64,000 bases of DNA, taken from contig NC_057725.1 in the NCBI RefSeq assembly GCF_004010195.1, forward strand, positions 55,761,312-55,825,311, in the 5' to 3' direction. Each line of letters begins with the position of its first letter. Position 1 is the first letter of the stretch. This DNA comes from Chiloscyllium plagiosum (Eukaryota). Positions 25,401 through 38,389 of the stretch are shown here, one piece after another. Below the pieces are notes generated by a model. That model had not been told where the DNA came from, searched no databases, and worked only from the letters and a program-made list of their open reading frames with translations. The position numbers and the translations under genes are program-made.

Positions 25401-26185
25401 CAATGTGCTCGTCACCGATGAAGAACGTCGTAGCCAGGACTGGTTCCACAAATGCTTTTCATAGCCTATTCGCTGGATTACAATCAGACACTGAAAACCA
25501 GAGTATCAAGACCACCCCATGTGTTCTAACCTAGCTTCAGCTAACTTGGTATATGTGCCCAAGCTTGGGAAATCTGGCCCATATAGCTCTAATTTCTTTA
25601 GGAGTTTTGTATATACTGGAAGGCAGGGCAAACAATCTAATGATCTTACAATTCAAATGATTTTACAACTGAATTACAAAATTTTAACCCATCACATGAA
25701 CTATAGAATGAGCAGTACAGTACAAGTCTAGTGAAAGAGTCTACGCAGGATGATTTACTGATGGTCCACTGCTGATCTTAATTTACTGCAAGTGCAAAAT
25801 TAATACTGAAAATAGAGGTGGTGCTGATTTTTAAGATATCTCCATGGTTGCATTAATTTATAATCTTTTCTGAAGAGATATTCTCTTTATTCCCCCAATA
25901 CCAATTAAGCTAAATTCTGAAAGGTTTTTAAACAGATGCCTCTAATTTCCTTTAGACTATTACAATAATTCATGATTCATATTCAATAGCATGATAACTT
26001 GACTTGATTTTTATAATCCATAGACACTGAAAACCACTGTACTATAATGAGCTTTTTCATTAAAATTAGAGACAAGACTTGTATGTTCTGCAAAGATTAC
26101 TGGAATGCAGTTAACCATGTTGTACTATTTTGTAAATAATGTCTTTGGATGATATTTGATCATTAAACAAGTTCAGTTGCTTAAA
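22470..26185 (+). other. Probable long 3' UTR of the PNPLA2-like gene
   Basis: AU-rich and nearly free of the young repeats seen elsewhere. AATAAA near 23760; ATTAAA at 26162-26167 followed by U-rich sequence. The end point is inferred. Confidence 0.5.
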
Positions 26186-26374
26186 TATTTTCTTCCATCT
26201 ATGCATTCCTTTTTAAAATTATACCACTTCAACATGTGGAGAATGTGCAATTCGGTGGGATCATGACTTACTGAGCAATATGTCCCTCATATTCTCACTG
26301 TCTCATTCTGCAGACTCCAATGAATTTGTTGACTTTATGTTATGTAATGGTTAGTTTTAATTTAATTTATAGGG

Positions 26375-26640
26375 ATTAGCACTGCTGCCTCACAGCACCA
26401 GGTTCCTGGATTCAATTCCATGCTTTGGCACCTGTCTATGTGGAGTTTGCACATTCTCCATGTGTCTGTGTTTGTTTCCTCCTACAGTCCAGATATGTGC
26501 AGGTTAGGTGGATTGGCCATGGGAAATGTAGGGTTACAGGGATGGGTTGGGTCGAGTCTGAGTGGGATGATCTTTGGAGGGTCATTGTGGACTTGATTGG
26601 CTGAATAACCTGCTTCCACACAGTAGTGATTCTATGATTA
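26375..26640 (+). mobile_element. HE1-type V-SINE
   Basis: TTAGCACTGCTGCCTCACAG head and V-domain core. Confidence 0.8.
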
Positions 26641-27113
26641 AATCCAATCGAGATGTTGTAAGTGGAGGGATATTGATCAGATAAACTGAGAAATACTATT
26701 GTGTAAATACCGAATACCTGCCAGAAGTAATAACTGAGATCCATTGAATTTTCATTTTGTTGAAGTTAATGGAATAAAGGTTGGCAGGTTCAATAAACAG
26801 CTGGTTACCAATTCTGTTAGATCACTCTCCAGGCAGTAGACTACTTAGTACTTTCTTCAGAACTTGAATTGGCTGCTATCTGGAGAAACATTTCGTTTGG
26901 ACATTTGCTGAATTGATACATTAATATCTTTGTAATTCAGTGAGACAAAATCATAACTCCCACCTGTGCCAAAACAAAACTTGAATCATCCATATGCAGC
27001 ATATCATCCCCTCTGGGCCAAATAAAATTGACTAAAGCAATGCAATTCAAATTGAAGCAGGACCTTGGGTTCCGGGTGGAGCTTGAGTTGCACGTTGACC
27101 TGACAGAGTTAGT

Positions 27114-27202
27114 TGAAACTTTATTGCTGGAACAGCACAGCAGGTCAGGCAGCAACCAGGGAACAGGAGATTCGACATTTCGGGCACAGGCCCTTCTTCA
27201 GG
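27114..27202 (-). mobile_element. Family A Penelope-derived short element
   Basis: Minus strand CTGAAGA-A-GGGC-CTGT-GCCC-GAAA-TGTC; GAGTTAG on both sides. Confidence 0.75.
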
Positions 27203-27209
27203 AGTTAGG

Positions 27210-27960
27210 ACAACAACAGCTTACATTTAAATAACATCTTTTTAAAGTCTCATGGTATTTCAGAGGAGCAATTATTTGTCACTGTCTCTGAAATGGAGAG
27301 ATTAAGACTTGATCAGAAGCTTGGTTACAGAGAGTTTTAAAGCAGCATCTTAAAGGAGGATGGAAAGGTTTGAGGAGAGAATTCTGGAGCTTGAGGGTTT
27401 GGGTGTCAACAGTGAAATGATAAAAATTCTGAATGCTTGAAATTAGAAGTGAAAAAGTGCAAAGGTTTTGCAGAGTTGCCGAACTGGAGGAGGCTACAGA
27501 CAGGTGGATGCTTGAAGCCATGGAATATATTTGAAAATGGGATTGAGGCTTTTTTATTGATGGATTTATGGATTTGGAGGAAACGAATGACCATGCAAGT
27601 CAGTGAGCGCAGGATGGATGGTTTGATGGAACTTGGTGTGAGTTAATATAAAAGTGGCTGAATTTTGGATGAACTAAAATAGGATGCCAACCAACACAGT
27701 GCTGGAATAGTAAAGTCTAAATGAGCATGTATTTCAGAGTTTCTGCAGCAAAACAGCTGAGACCATTCTGGAGGTAAAAGTATGAAATCTTGATGTAGAG
27801 GAGGATATGGAAATTTTCCCCTCTGGACCAAATAGAATGGCAAGTGTGAACAAGGTTCATCCTTAGACTTGTAGCTAGAGAAAGGGATGGAATTGATGAG
27901 TGAGTGAGTGAGTCTGAGACAAAGGTTTTAGCCTTTCCATTATCGAAGTGAAGGACATTT
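27210..27960 (-). mobile_element. Old LINE (L2-like) 3' fragment
   Basis: CAACAACAGCTTACATTTAAATA...GTTTTAAAGCAGCATCTTAAAGGAGG; similar purine-rich segments recur near 46890, 52640 and 56800. Confidence 0.45.
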
Positions 27961-29364
27961 TAAAACTTTGATCATACTGCACAATTACTTTAGCTGTGAG
28001 GTTTCTTGGGATTTCCTTAACAGAAAGGTTGGATTTAAGTTAATTGGTTACTTATTAATGATGCACAGGAGATACTAAACTACCTAAAGTTGGATTTTAC
28101 ACCTCTGCTTGCAAGTTTGATGATGGAGGTCATAAAACAAAACAATAGGCCTTCCTACTGCCAGGCAGTCTGCCTATCCAAAATCTTCAGTTGGTCTGCC
28201 CTTGGGCTGTTTGAAACCTTTAAGTGACCAGCTGACAATTGCTTTCTGATTGACCTGTAACTCTCCAATGTGGAACTTCCTTCTGAGGAGGGTTGCCTTT
28301 GAAACAAATGGCACTGTTCTGTGGTGTTAAATTGCTGTAGTGCAGGTGTGAGCATCATGAGTGGAAACTCCACCTACCAATCCCTAGCTTTTTAGTCTGA
28401 GGGTTGGCTTTGATAGCACTGCCGCATAAAATCCACCAATGCTGTCAAATAATTAATTAAAAAAACTTTGATCCAGACATTGCAAACCAAGAAACTTTAA
28501 TTGGAATTGCATTTAAATTCTCACATTATGTTGTGCCCTGCACATCAATGGAAAGGCATATTTTATTTTGTTTTATGAGCAGAAGTCCTTTGTACCAGTT
28601 TGAAGGTCACTTTGCTGTTTCTCTTCACAAATTTTCTTTTGTAAGTAATTGACTGCTGTTCTTTTACAATCAATCAATAATCACACAATGCTACTGTACA
28701 GGATTTTGCACATGTCGGGACTTGATAGCGATTGTAAAGGCTTTCCTGTAGAAAACTCATCTGAAATCAGTCAACTATCCTTATTTATATATCTTGCAAA
28801 GGTTTCTCCTCTCTCTGGAGAGGCACTGATTCTTGCTTCGTAAATCTCTGGTACATTTCAAAAATGCCCACTCTCAAGCGCACCACACAAAAGTGTGATA
28901 TTCCTGCAATTGTGTTTGCTCCTTCATGCATGTTCAAACGTGAAGCCTTTTCCCTTTCTCCTTTCACAGTAACGATTGGAAGTAGTAATTCTGGCAGATT
29001 TACCTTCTAATTGTCCTCAAGATATTGTACTAATTCCACCATTCTCCCCCTGCACCACTAAATCATCTTCAAATGATGGGATCATGACTGAGTGCTAACC
29101 CAGCAACAGTGTAGGAATCAACATTCCGGATTTCTGACGGGTATAATATTGCTGCCAAACTGTATGTTCTGCAAAGCCAATTGCAATCAGGGAAGCATAG
29201 TTTTACATAATTTGTATGTTGATTTAGATCTGACCCAATGTGTATTCTTAACTTGCTGTATTGTAATATTTAACCTCGTGGGTTAATGAATATTAATAAA
29301 GCTGTTGTAAATAACTGGTGTTTATGAGCTTGTTAATCGTGCTTTATGAAGTTCATAGATTATA

Positions 29365-29446
29365 GGTATCGTGGCCGAGCAGTCTAAGGCACTGGGTTAT
29401 GGCTCCAAACTCTTCGGAGGTGTGGGTGCGAATCCCACCACTGCCA
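29365..29446 (+). pseudogene. tRNA-Leu(AAG)-derived pseudogene, anticodon now ATG
   Basis: 82 nt GGTATCGTGGCCGAGCAGTCTAAGGC...GAATCCCACCACTGCCA, about 10 differences from the vertebrate tRNA-Leu(AAG) consensus as recalled. Long variable arm CTCTTCGGAG; T-loop TTC changed to TGC; TTTTT at 29453-29457. Confidence 0.88.
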
Positions 29447-29458
29447 AGTTACTTTTTA

Positions 29459-29870
29459 GGGTGGCACAGTGATTAGCACTGTTGCCTCACAGGGCCACGG
29501 ACACGGATTTCTGTATGGATTTCGTCCGGGTACTCCTGTTTCCTCCCACAGTCCCAAAGTTTGCAGGCTGGGTGGACTGGCTATGCTAAATTGCCCTTAG
29601 TGCCCAGGGTTATGCAGGCTAGGTGGATTAGCCATGGGAAATGCAGGGTTACAGGGATGGGATGAGTCTGGGTGGGATGCTCTTGTTGGGGAGATTTCAC
29701 TGCGGTGTTTAATGTAGGGCTAGGGAGGGCCAGGGTTATGCAGGCTAGGTGGATTAGCCATGGGAAATGCAGGGTTACAGGGATGGGATGAGTCTGGGTG
29801 GGATGCTCTCCATATGGTTGGAGGAGACCCAATGGGCCAAATGGCCTCTTTCTGCATTGTAGAGATTCCA
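29459..29870 (+). mobile_element. HE1-type V-SINE with an internal 80-bp duplication
   Basis: 29604-29683 is repeated exactly at 29730-29809. Confidence 0.8.
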
Positions 29871-29888
29871 TATTTTTACAAGTCAATT

Positions 29889-30290
29889 GTGGCCCACTTG
29901 GGTAGCACACTTACTGCTGTGTCAGACGGTTGTGGGTTCAAATCTCACTTGAGGCCCTGAATAAAAAAACTGTGAGCTGTTGTTCTACCACATTATCAAG
30001 GGAATGCTTCATTGTTGGGGTAGTCACCTTTCAAATGTCAAACTGAAGGCTCTCTGGGACGTAAATGGTCTGGGACTATATGGGAGATAAGCAGAACTTC
30101 TCTCCTGGATAACATTTTTACTTTATCTGACATCACAAAAATAAAGCTTGTGTGATTATTATCACATTTCTGTTTGTGGGAGCTTTCTGGCTCTGCTTTT
30201 CTGACAAAATTGACTATATTTCAAAATTCTTTCATTTGATGGAAATCACTTTGGAATATTCTGAAGTTGTGAAGTGTGCAATAGGAATAG
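29889..30290 (+). mobile_element. DeuSINE (SacSINE1/AmnSINE-like), old
   Basis: tRNA-like head (GGTAGCAC...GTGGGTTCAAATC), Deu-like segment ATCACATTTCTGTTTGTGGGAGCTT, tail CACTTTGG...CTGAAGTTGTGAA. Confidence 0.6.
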
Positions 30291-31499
30291 CAATGACAAA
30301 GTTAATCAAAGGAACTTGTTATTGATTCATCAGAATCACATTGTGAACGATATCTGGTTTTGAATTTGTTTTAATAGCCTGGAGACATGTAAATGTGAGT
30401 GTTTAGTTCTTCGAATTTGCTTCATTCAACTTGTAGCTATTCTCTTCCAAAGTATAAAAAAGGCTGCACAAGGAGAAACCATAAAGTGTATTGGCCCAGA
30501 TCCAAAGATCGCAAAGAGTGGAGTCTACAGGCAACAGCCAACAGAGAGGACATTCTGTAACACAGGACCAAGATGGCTGCTGGAGCAATTACCAATGGTG
30601 TGATGCACATGTGGTTGAAGTCAGTGGAATAAAGTTCAGTTGAGTGCTATAGGATTGGAGGAGGTTAAAGCTTGGGGCAGGGAGTGTTGATAAGAGTTTT
30701 GAACGGGTAAATGATAATTTGAAACTTAAGAAGTTGAGCAGGTGTAATGGGTAAGCAGGACAGAATAGGAGAAAGGACAAGTGAATGTGAGTTCTAGTTG
30801 ACTAAGTTTCACAAGAAGCTGGTGAAGATAGAGTTAGAAGGGACATAAAAACATAAGAAATTTGAGTTGCCGCCCTTCTCTGCTGATCAGATCATGGCTG
30901 ACCTTCAACTTTGACACCATTTTCTTGCACTATCCCCAATGATGTTTTGTGGGTGACCATGGCTTATGTGAGGATTGCAAATGCAGATGGGGTGACCTAA
31001 GGGGTGAATATCAGTAATATGGAAGTACAGGCAGGTGGAATCATGGAGGACATGATATATGGTCAGAAGCTGCTAGGGATCATGGAAAGATTTCAGACTG
31101 ACTGATTTAGCCTGAGGGAATGGCTTCAATGATGGATGAAGTTGGTAAGTGTTTGTGGCAACGTTTTTTGTCATCATAATGTTTAAGTAAAAGGAAACTG
31201 TGGCTGTTCCAGGATTGAATATTGGGTAGACAAAGCTCAGTATGATAAACATACAATTTAATACCGACCACGTACCTTCCACTGACACAGTCAGGGGGCT
31301 GAACGTAGATGAGGTGGAGTAATGTTGAATGAGCTAACTAGACAGCAGAGAAGCTGTTGCCAGAGATTCTGGGTGCAATCAATTAGGTAAAAGTGAAACC
31401 AAGTGCAGGAAAACTACTTGAACTGAACAATAGAGGAGTAGTATTGGAAGAAGCTGATGTGATTGACTTGCATCAAACTTTGAGAAAACACAGAATAGC

Positions 31500-32325
31500 A
31501 GAATAATTACAGCACAGGATGCACATTCAGCCTCTTAGATTGACATTGGCTTTCCAAATAAGGTTTCACCTTGTAACACTGCACATTCTGAGTTTTCAAC
31601 GTAGAATCCAATCTCTTGAATACTTCAATTGAACTCGCATCCATCAGACTCAACACATTTGAAATCTTAAACACACACTGTACAAAAGGTTTCTTCATTT
31701 GTGTCCAATTTTTCTGCCAGTTACTATAACTGTCACCTCTTGCTCTCGATTATATAATCAATGGAAATAGTCTCTGCTTATCTACTCTGTCCAGACTCCT
31801 CATGACTTTGGCTATTCTATTAAATGTCTTCTCAATATTTTCCTCTCTGAGGAGAATAGCCTTGCCTTTTCCAATCTATGTAACTGAACATCCTCAAATC
31901 TGAAACGAATTTAATGAATCGTGTTTGGAGTTTTCTAACACCTTTACATCTTACCTAAAGTGTGGTATCCAGAAATGGGCACAATACTTCATTTGATAAA
32001 AGTTTCACATCACTTCCTTGCTGTGTGCACCCCCTCCCCCATTAATAAAGTTTAGGACACTTATGCTTTATTAATTGCTCCCTCAACTTGGCTGGTCACT
32101 TTCACCAACTTATCCATGTATACATTGAGATTCCTCTGCTCCTGCATCCAATTCAGAACTGTGCCCTTCATTTTGATAGAAAGAAACAACATAAAATAAA
32201 TCACTTCACGCTTTCCTGCATTGAATTTCACATGTTACCTGTTTGCCATTCACCCACTTGTCTATGTACTTTGGAAAATCTACAGCCTTCCTCACAGTTC
32301 ATAATGCTTCCCAGTTTAGTGATTT
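31500..32325 (-). mobile_element. Old CR1 3' fragment
   Basis: Reverse CR1 tail and decayed C-terminal ORF2 motifs. Confidence 0.6.
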
Positions 32326-32709
32326 AAGAAATGTAAAACCAGCCATTAAGAAACAGATCTGATGCAAGTGTAATCTGTCACCAATAAATCTCCATATTTT
32401 GAGTGGGATGTGCAAATGTTGTATAGTCTATTCAAAAACTTAACAACTTTACAATCATGGGCTATAAATCTTTTAATTCTTGTGTAGTTTACAGGCACTA
32501 TACTAAGTTAATGATTTATAGTAACTGGTTCGGAAGGGAAAAAGGTCCTGTGGATGGGTTCTGGGGAGTCAGGAGGTGGATTACTCACCGCAGTATTTCG
32601 AGCCTATGACCTGATTTTGTAACCACAGTACTTATCCGACTGGTCCAGTTTCAGATCAATAGTAATTTCCAGGATGTTGATAATGAGGATTCAGTGATGT
32701 TAATGCCAT

Positions 32710-33485
32710 CATATATCTGGGCACGTGAGGTCATGCATTTTGGTATAAAAAACATGGGGTGACAATACAGGCTCATTGGTACAATGTTGAGGGGAGTTCA
32801 GGAGCACAGAGACCTCAGGGGTCACATGCATGAATCTCTGAAAATGGCCAAACAAGCTGAAACAGTTATTAAGCAGGCTTAAAGGATCCTTGGGTTTATA
32901 AACGGAGGCATACAGTATAAAAGCAAAGGAATGATGCAATATCTCTGCAAATCACTGGTCAGACTACATTGGGAATATTGTGTTCAGTTCTGGGCACCTT
33001 ATTTAAGGAAAGGTGTTAAAGCCCTGGAGTGTGTGCAAAGGAGATTTACTAGAACTATGCCAGGAATGTGGATTTTAGATACAAGGAAAGATTAGAGAAA
33101 TTGTGCTAATTCTCTTGGAGCAGAGATGATTAAAACATAATCTTGTGAGGAACAATTTTGACAGGATAAAGAGCAGGATTCTGTTTCCTTTAGTTGTTAT
33201 ATTAGTAACTAGGGGTCACCATGTTAAGATCGCCAACAAGAAAGTGAGGAGAGAGATGACGAGAAACTTCTTTACCTAGAGTTATCACAATTAGGACTGC
33301 ACTGCCTGGGAGAGTGATGGAGATGGATTCCGGAGGAGTTTCAAAAGAAAATGGGATATATATTTGAAAGAGATGTATTAAAGGGTTATGGAGATAGGGC
33401 TGGAAAATGGGATTAGGGTTTTCAAACATTGGTACAGACACATTGGATTGAATGGCCTCCTTCTGTACTGTAAAATTCTATGACT
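32710..33485 (+). mobile_element. CR1 3' fragment
   Basis: Remnant VMHFG...RDLRG...LVRLHWEYCVQFWAPYLRK; tail GAATGGCCTCCTTCTGTACTG. Confidence 0.8.
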
Positions 33486-34568
33486 AAGTGATAATTTATT
33501 TTTGGCTTCTACTGACTAGTAATTAAATTTCCCATTCTAAAGGTATTTCATTATTAGCCTGCTATGTGACCGTCCAACTCGGCATCTTTATAAAGAGGAT
33601 AAGATCCAAATGATTTCCAAGCAATAAACATGGAGATTAAAAGGCATGAGCCACAATGCATCCATTTATTATGTACAAATTATTAAGCATAACTTTATAG
33701 GAGATGCATGGCTATATGTGAAAAATAGGTTTGAAACATGTTTGCATTATGAGTGGTGGGAGATTACCTGAATCACAGAATTTTTTTAAAAAAAAAGCAA
33801 TCTTTAGATATCAACTATTAAAAATATACATTTCTTTAAAAAAAACCTGATTTTAGAATAGCTATGTTTTTAACATTTTTTATACAGTTACTTTGATAGC
33901 ATCTTTATAAAGTCAATGTTAAATGACAACAAAATTCTCATCTAACATCTCATCTGTAATGGAGATCAATGCTGAATGATAGATAAAGGCAAAGATATAT
34001 ATTATTTTGGTGTCTGTCTAGAAGATTCTGAAGTAGGCAGTAGAGGGCATTCCTGGGTTGCAGAATACTTGCAAAATGTGGGCACCATGTCTATGAAAAT
34101 ATATCTACAAATTCGTAGTGTTGGTGCTGTGATTAGGGTGGAATTTGGACTGAAGGAAGTCAAATATTTAATAGAGGGAGAAGTGGGCCCAAAATTGGCA
34201 GGTAATTCAAATACCTTCGCCGGAAATAGGAGGTTAACATTGTAAATGGCTGGAATGAAGAAAACAAATGAATTAATCTTTCAGTCTGAGTAGAAAGTTG
34301 AAGGCAATTTTAAAAGAGAGACTGAAGATAATGCCTGGGCAATGAGAGACATTTACACAACTTGAAATATAGTGATCCAAAAAGTAATTAATAGACAAGG
34401 AGCTGCCCTTGCCAATGTTCTCTCTCCCATGTTCTGTGCAGCAGAGAAAATAAGAACCCAAAGCAATTTCCATCTCTCTAATCTCACTCCCTATGCCGGC
34501 ACTCAGTTGACTTTGCTCTGATGTGGAATTGAACCTGGAACTTTTTCTGTGGTTCGGGTATTCACTAA

Positions 34569-34752
34569 GTCAGAGTGTGGAGTTGGAAAAGCACAGCTGG
34601 TCGGGCAGCATCAAGGTGCAGGAACGATGAAGGGCTTGAGCTTGAAACGTCGATTCTTCTGCACCTCGGATGCTGCCTGACTGGCTGAGCTTTTCCAGCT
34701 CCACACACTTTGACTCTGATCTCCAGCATCTGCAGTCCTCACCTTCTCCGCA
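34569..34752. mobile_element. Fold-back family A Penelope-derived element
   Basis: Flanking repeats GGTATTCACTAA (34557-34568) and GGTATGCACTAA (34753-34764). Degenerate core GATGAAGGGCTTGAGCTTGAAACGTC. Confidence 0.75.
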
Positions 34753-34989
34753 GGTATGCACTAACCCAACATTCTGTGGTAATGAAAGCTGTTTCCCTGC
34801 ATAGAAAGGTAAGGGATGAAAATCTCCCCCATTAAGTGGCATTTTTTTGTCTATCGGTCCCCTCACTGTAGACTATTCTATCAGATAGTTCTGCAGCATT
34901 GAGGATCATTTACTTCCACTCCAATGGAGATAGTTAATAAGGTCAATATACTGAGTGTAATGAGGTCAGCCAGGTGGACCTCATTGAAA

Positions 34990-36800
34990 GGGAGAGAGAG
35001 AGAGGGAAGGTAAGAGAGGTAGGCAGCTGGTGCAGGAGTCTTTTGTGGATATACCCACTTCAAACAGGTATGCTGTTTTGGAAAATGTAGGGGGTGATGG
35101 CATGAACAGCCAAGTTTCTGGTATTGTGACTGGCTCGAATGCAACAAGGGGCACATCGGGTTCCAAGAGATCAATTGTGTTAGGGGATTCTGTAGTCAGT
35201 GGTACAGACAGACGTTTCTGTGGCCAGCAGCGAAAAATTAGAATGGTGTGTTGCTTCCTTGGTGCCAGGATCAAGGATGTCTCAGAGAGGGTGCAGAATG
35301 TTCTCAAGGGGGAGAGGGGCCAGGTCATTGTCCATATTGGAACCAAAGATATAGGAAGGGAAAAGGTTGAGATTCCGAAGGGAGATTACAGAGAGTTAGG
35401 CAGAAATTTAAAAAGGAGGTCCCCGAGAGTAGTAATATCTGGATTACTCCCAGTGCTATGAGCTAGTGAGGGCAGGAATAGGAATAGCAGATGAATGCAT
35501 GGCTGAGGAGCTGGTGTGTGGGAGAAGGATTCACATTTTTGGATCATTGGAATCTCTTTTGGGGTAGAAGTGACCTGTATAAGAAGGACGGATTGCACCT
35601 GAATTGAAAGGGGACTAATATGTTGGCAGGGAATTTTGCTAGAGCTGCTCGGGAGGATTTAAACTAGTAGGGTAGTGGGGTGGGATCCAGGGAGATAGTG
35701 AGGAAAGAGATCGATCTGAGACTGGTACAGTTGAGAACAGAAGCGAGTCAAACAGTCAGGGCAGGCAGGGACAAGGTAGGACTAATAAATTAAACTGCAT
35801 TTATTTCACTGCAAGGGGGCTAACGGAGAAGGCAGATGAACTCAGGGCATGGTTAGGAACATGGGACTGGGATATCATAGCAATTACAGAAACATGGCTC
35901 AGGAGTGGGCAGGAATGGCAGCTTAATGTTCCAGGATACAAACGCTACAGGAAGGATAGAAAGGGAGGAAAGAGAGAGGGTGAGTGGCATTTTTGATAAG
36001 GGATAGCATTACAGCTGTGCTGAGGGAGGATATTCCCGGAAATACACCCAGGGAAGTTATTTGGGTGGAACTGAGAAATAAGAAAGGGATGATCACCTTA
36101 TTGGGATTGTATTATAGACCCCCTAATAGTCAGAGGGAAATTGAGAAACAAACTTGTAAGGCGATCTCAGCTATCTGTAAGAATAATGAGGTAGTTTTGG
36201 TAGGGGATTTTAATTTTCCAAACATAGACTGGGACTGCCATAATGTTAAGGGTTTAGATGGTAAGGAATTTAAGTGTGTACAAGACAATTATTTGATTCA
36301 GTATGTGGATGTGCCGACTAGAGAAGGTGCAAAACTTGTCGTACTCTTGGGAAATAAAATTCCTGAAGAAGGGCTTATGCCCGAAACGTCGATTCTCCTG
36401 TTCCCTGGATGCTGCCATTCCTGAAGAAGGGCTTATGCCTGAAACGTCGATTCTCCTGTTCCCTGGATGCTGCCTGACCTGCTGCGCTTTTCCAGCAACA
36501 CATTTCCAGCTCTTGGGAAATAAGGCAGGGCAGGTGACTGAGGTATTAGCGGAGGAGTACTTTGGGGCCAGTGACCATACTTCTATTAGACTTAAAATAG
36601 TGATGGAAAAGGATAAACCAGATCTAAAAGTTGAAGTTCTAAATTGGAGAAAGACAAGAACTTTCAAAAGCTGATTGGGGGCAGATGTTCGCAGGCAAAG
36701 GGATGGCTGGAAAATGGGAAGCCTTCAGAAATGAGATAACAAGAATTCAGAGAAAGTATATTCCTGTTAGGGTGAAAGGAAAGGCTGGTAGGTATAGGGA
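34990..36800 (+). mobile_element. CR1 LINE 5' portion: ORF1 (SGNH esterase) and ORF2 APE endonuclease, decayed
   Basis: ORF1: PTSNRYAVL, IVLGDSVV, HIGTKD, DGLHLN. ORF2: IIAITETW, LYYRPP, VGDFNFP, SDH. Stops and frameshifts present; interrupted at 36358-36509. Confidence 0.9.
36358..36509 (+). mobile_element. Family A element with two tandem hammerhead cores
   Basis: Perfect 14-bp repeat CTCTTGGGAAATAA at 36344-36357 and 36510-36523; cores start at 36363 and 36421. Confidence 0.85.
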
Positions 36801-36803
36801 ATA

Positions 36804-37397
36804 GAGTCATAGAGATGTACAGCATGGAAACAGACCCTTTGGTCCAACCCGCCCAACCCAATCTAGTCCCACCTGCTAGCACCCAGCCCATATCCCTCCA
36901 AACCCTTCCTATTCATATACCCATTCAAATGCCTCTTAAATGTTGCAATTGTATCAGCCTCCACCACTTCCTCTGGCAGCTCATTCCATACACGTACCAT
37001 CCTCTGTGTGAAAAGGTTGCCCCTTAGGTCTCTTTTATATCTTTCCCTTCTCACCCTATACCTATGCCTCTAGTTCTGGACTCCCCAACCCCAAGGAAAA
37101 GACTTTGTCTATTTATCCTATCCATGCCCCTCATAATTCTGTAGACCTCTATAAGGTCAGCCCACAGCCTCCGACGCTCCAGGGAAAACAGCCCCAGCCT
37201 GTTCAGCCTCTCCCTGTAGCTCAGATCATCCAACCCTGACAACATCCTTGTAAATCTTTTCTGAACCCTTTCAAGTTGAGTACAGGAGTTGGGAGTTCAT
37301 GTTGCGGCTGAACAGGATATTGGTTAGACCACTGTGGGAATATTGCATGCAATTCTGTTCTTCCTATTGGAAAGATGGTGTGAAACTTGAAAGGGTT
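36804..37397 (-). mobile_element. CR1 3' end with an inverted 5' segment
   Basis: 36804-37277 is minus-strand CR1 tail and ORF2 C-terminus; 37278-37397 is the adjoining upstream ORF2 piece on +. Confidence 0.8.
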
Positions 37398-38389
37398 CAG
37401 AAAAGATTTACAAGGTTGACTGTACCTCTCTGCCATTTACCATGCTTGACCGTAGTATTCTCCCACTAGCTCTTGGTGATAATCTGGTTATTTGTTTCCA
37501 CTCTGACATGTCTGAACACTGCTTTTGTATCTACCTTGTACTCAACATCAGACTCACCTCTGGAGTTGTCCACAGTCCTTCCTTCTGAACATCATTGTTA
37601 TTCAATAATATAATTCTTAAGCACAGCAAAGATTAGATTCTCAGGAGGTGAGTAATACAGTCAAAGAGTTTTTGATAGCAAATCTCCATTCTGCCTAAAG
37701 TAGTAGTGGTAAGCTTTTTCCTTGAACTACTATGGTCCTTGTTATGGCAGTGTTCTCATAAGAAGTTAGTTGTAGGGAACTCCAATGATGGCGTGGTTCT
37801 GAAATCAATAAGGATACACTTCAGCTTTCTCTTGTATACAAGACGACAAGTTCCTGGAAAAGAGTCATAGAGATGTACAGCATGGAAACAGACTCTTCGG
37901 TCTGTTATTGAACAGTAATTCTTAAAGGACCAAATATTTGCAACACATGACAAGGCATTATTGAACTGAACATTTTGTCAAATGTATTACTCACTAAACT
38001 TGGACGCATTTGCTGTTAAGTGAATGGCTCAGGTGTGGTGTGGTCCATAGCAATGAAAAGGGAAATTAATGATTGTAAATGTTAAAGAGACAGAGAGGCC
38101 TTTTGGGGAGAAAGTGAGAGAACACCTTTTTGGAATGGGAGTAACATGATTCACTTACCATGAAAGAATAAAATAATCCTTATGGAGTCAGAGTCATACA
38201 GCATGGAAACAGACCTTTTGGTCCAACCAATCCATTTTGGACATAATTGCAAACTAAACAAATCCCACTTGCCTACCTGGCCTATATCCCTATTATTACA
38301 TATCAGAAAACAAGTGAAAAAGGAGGGGAACAAAGAAAAATAATAGCTTGTCTATCCAGACTGAAGTCTGCATTGATCATGTCAACTTA

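Noticed and set aside
29365-29446. Functional tRNA-His or tRNA-Leu gene
   Set aside because: The T-loop/B-box mutation and stem mismatches indicate a pseudogene.
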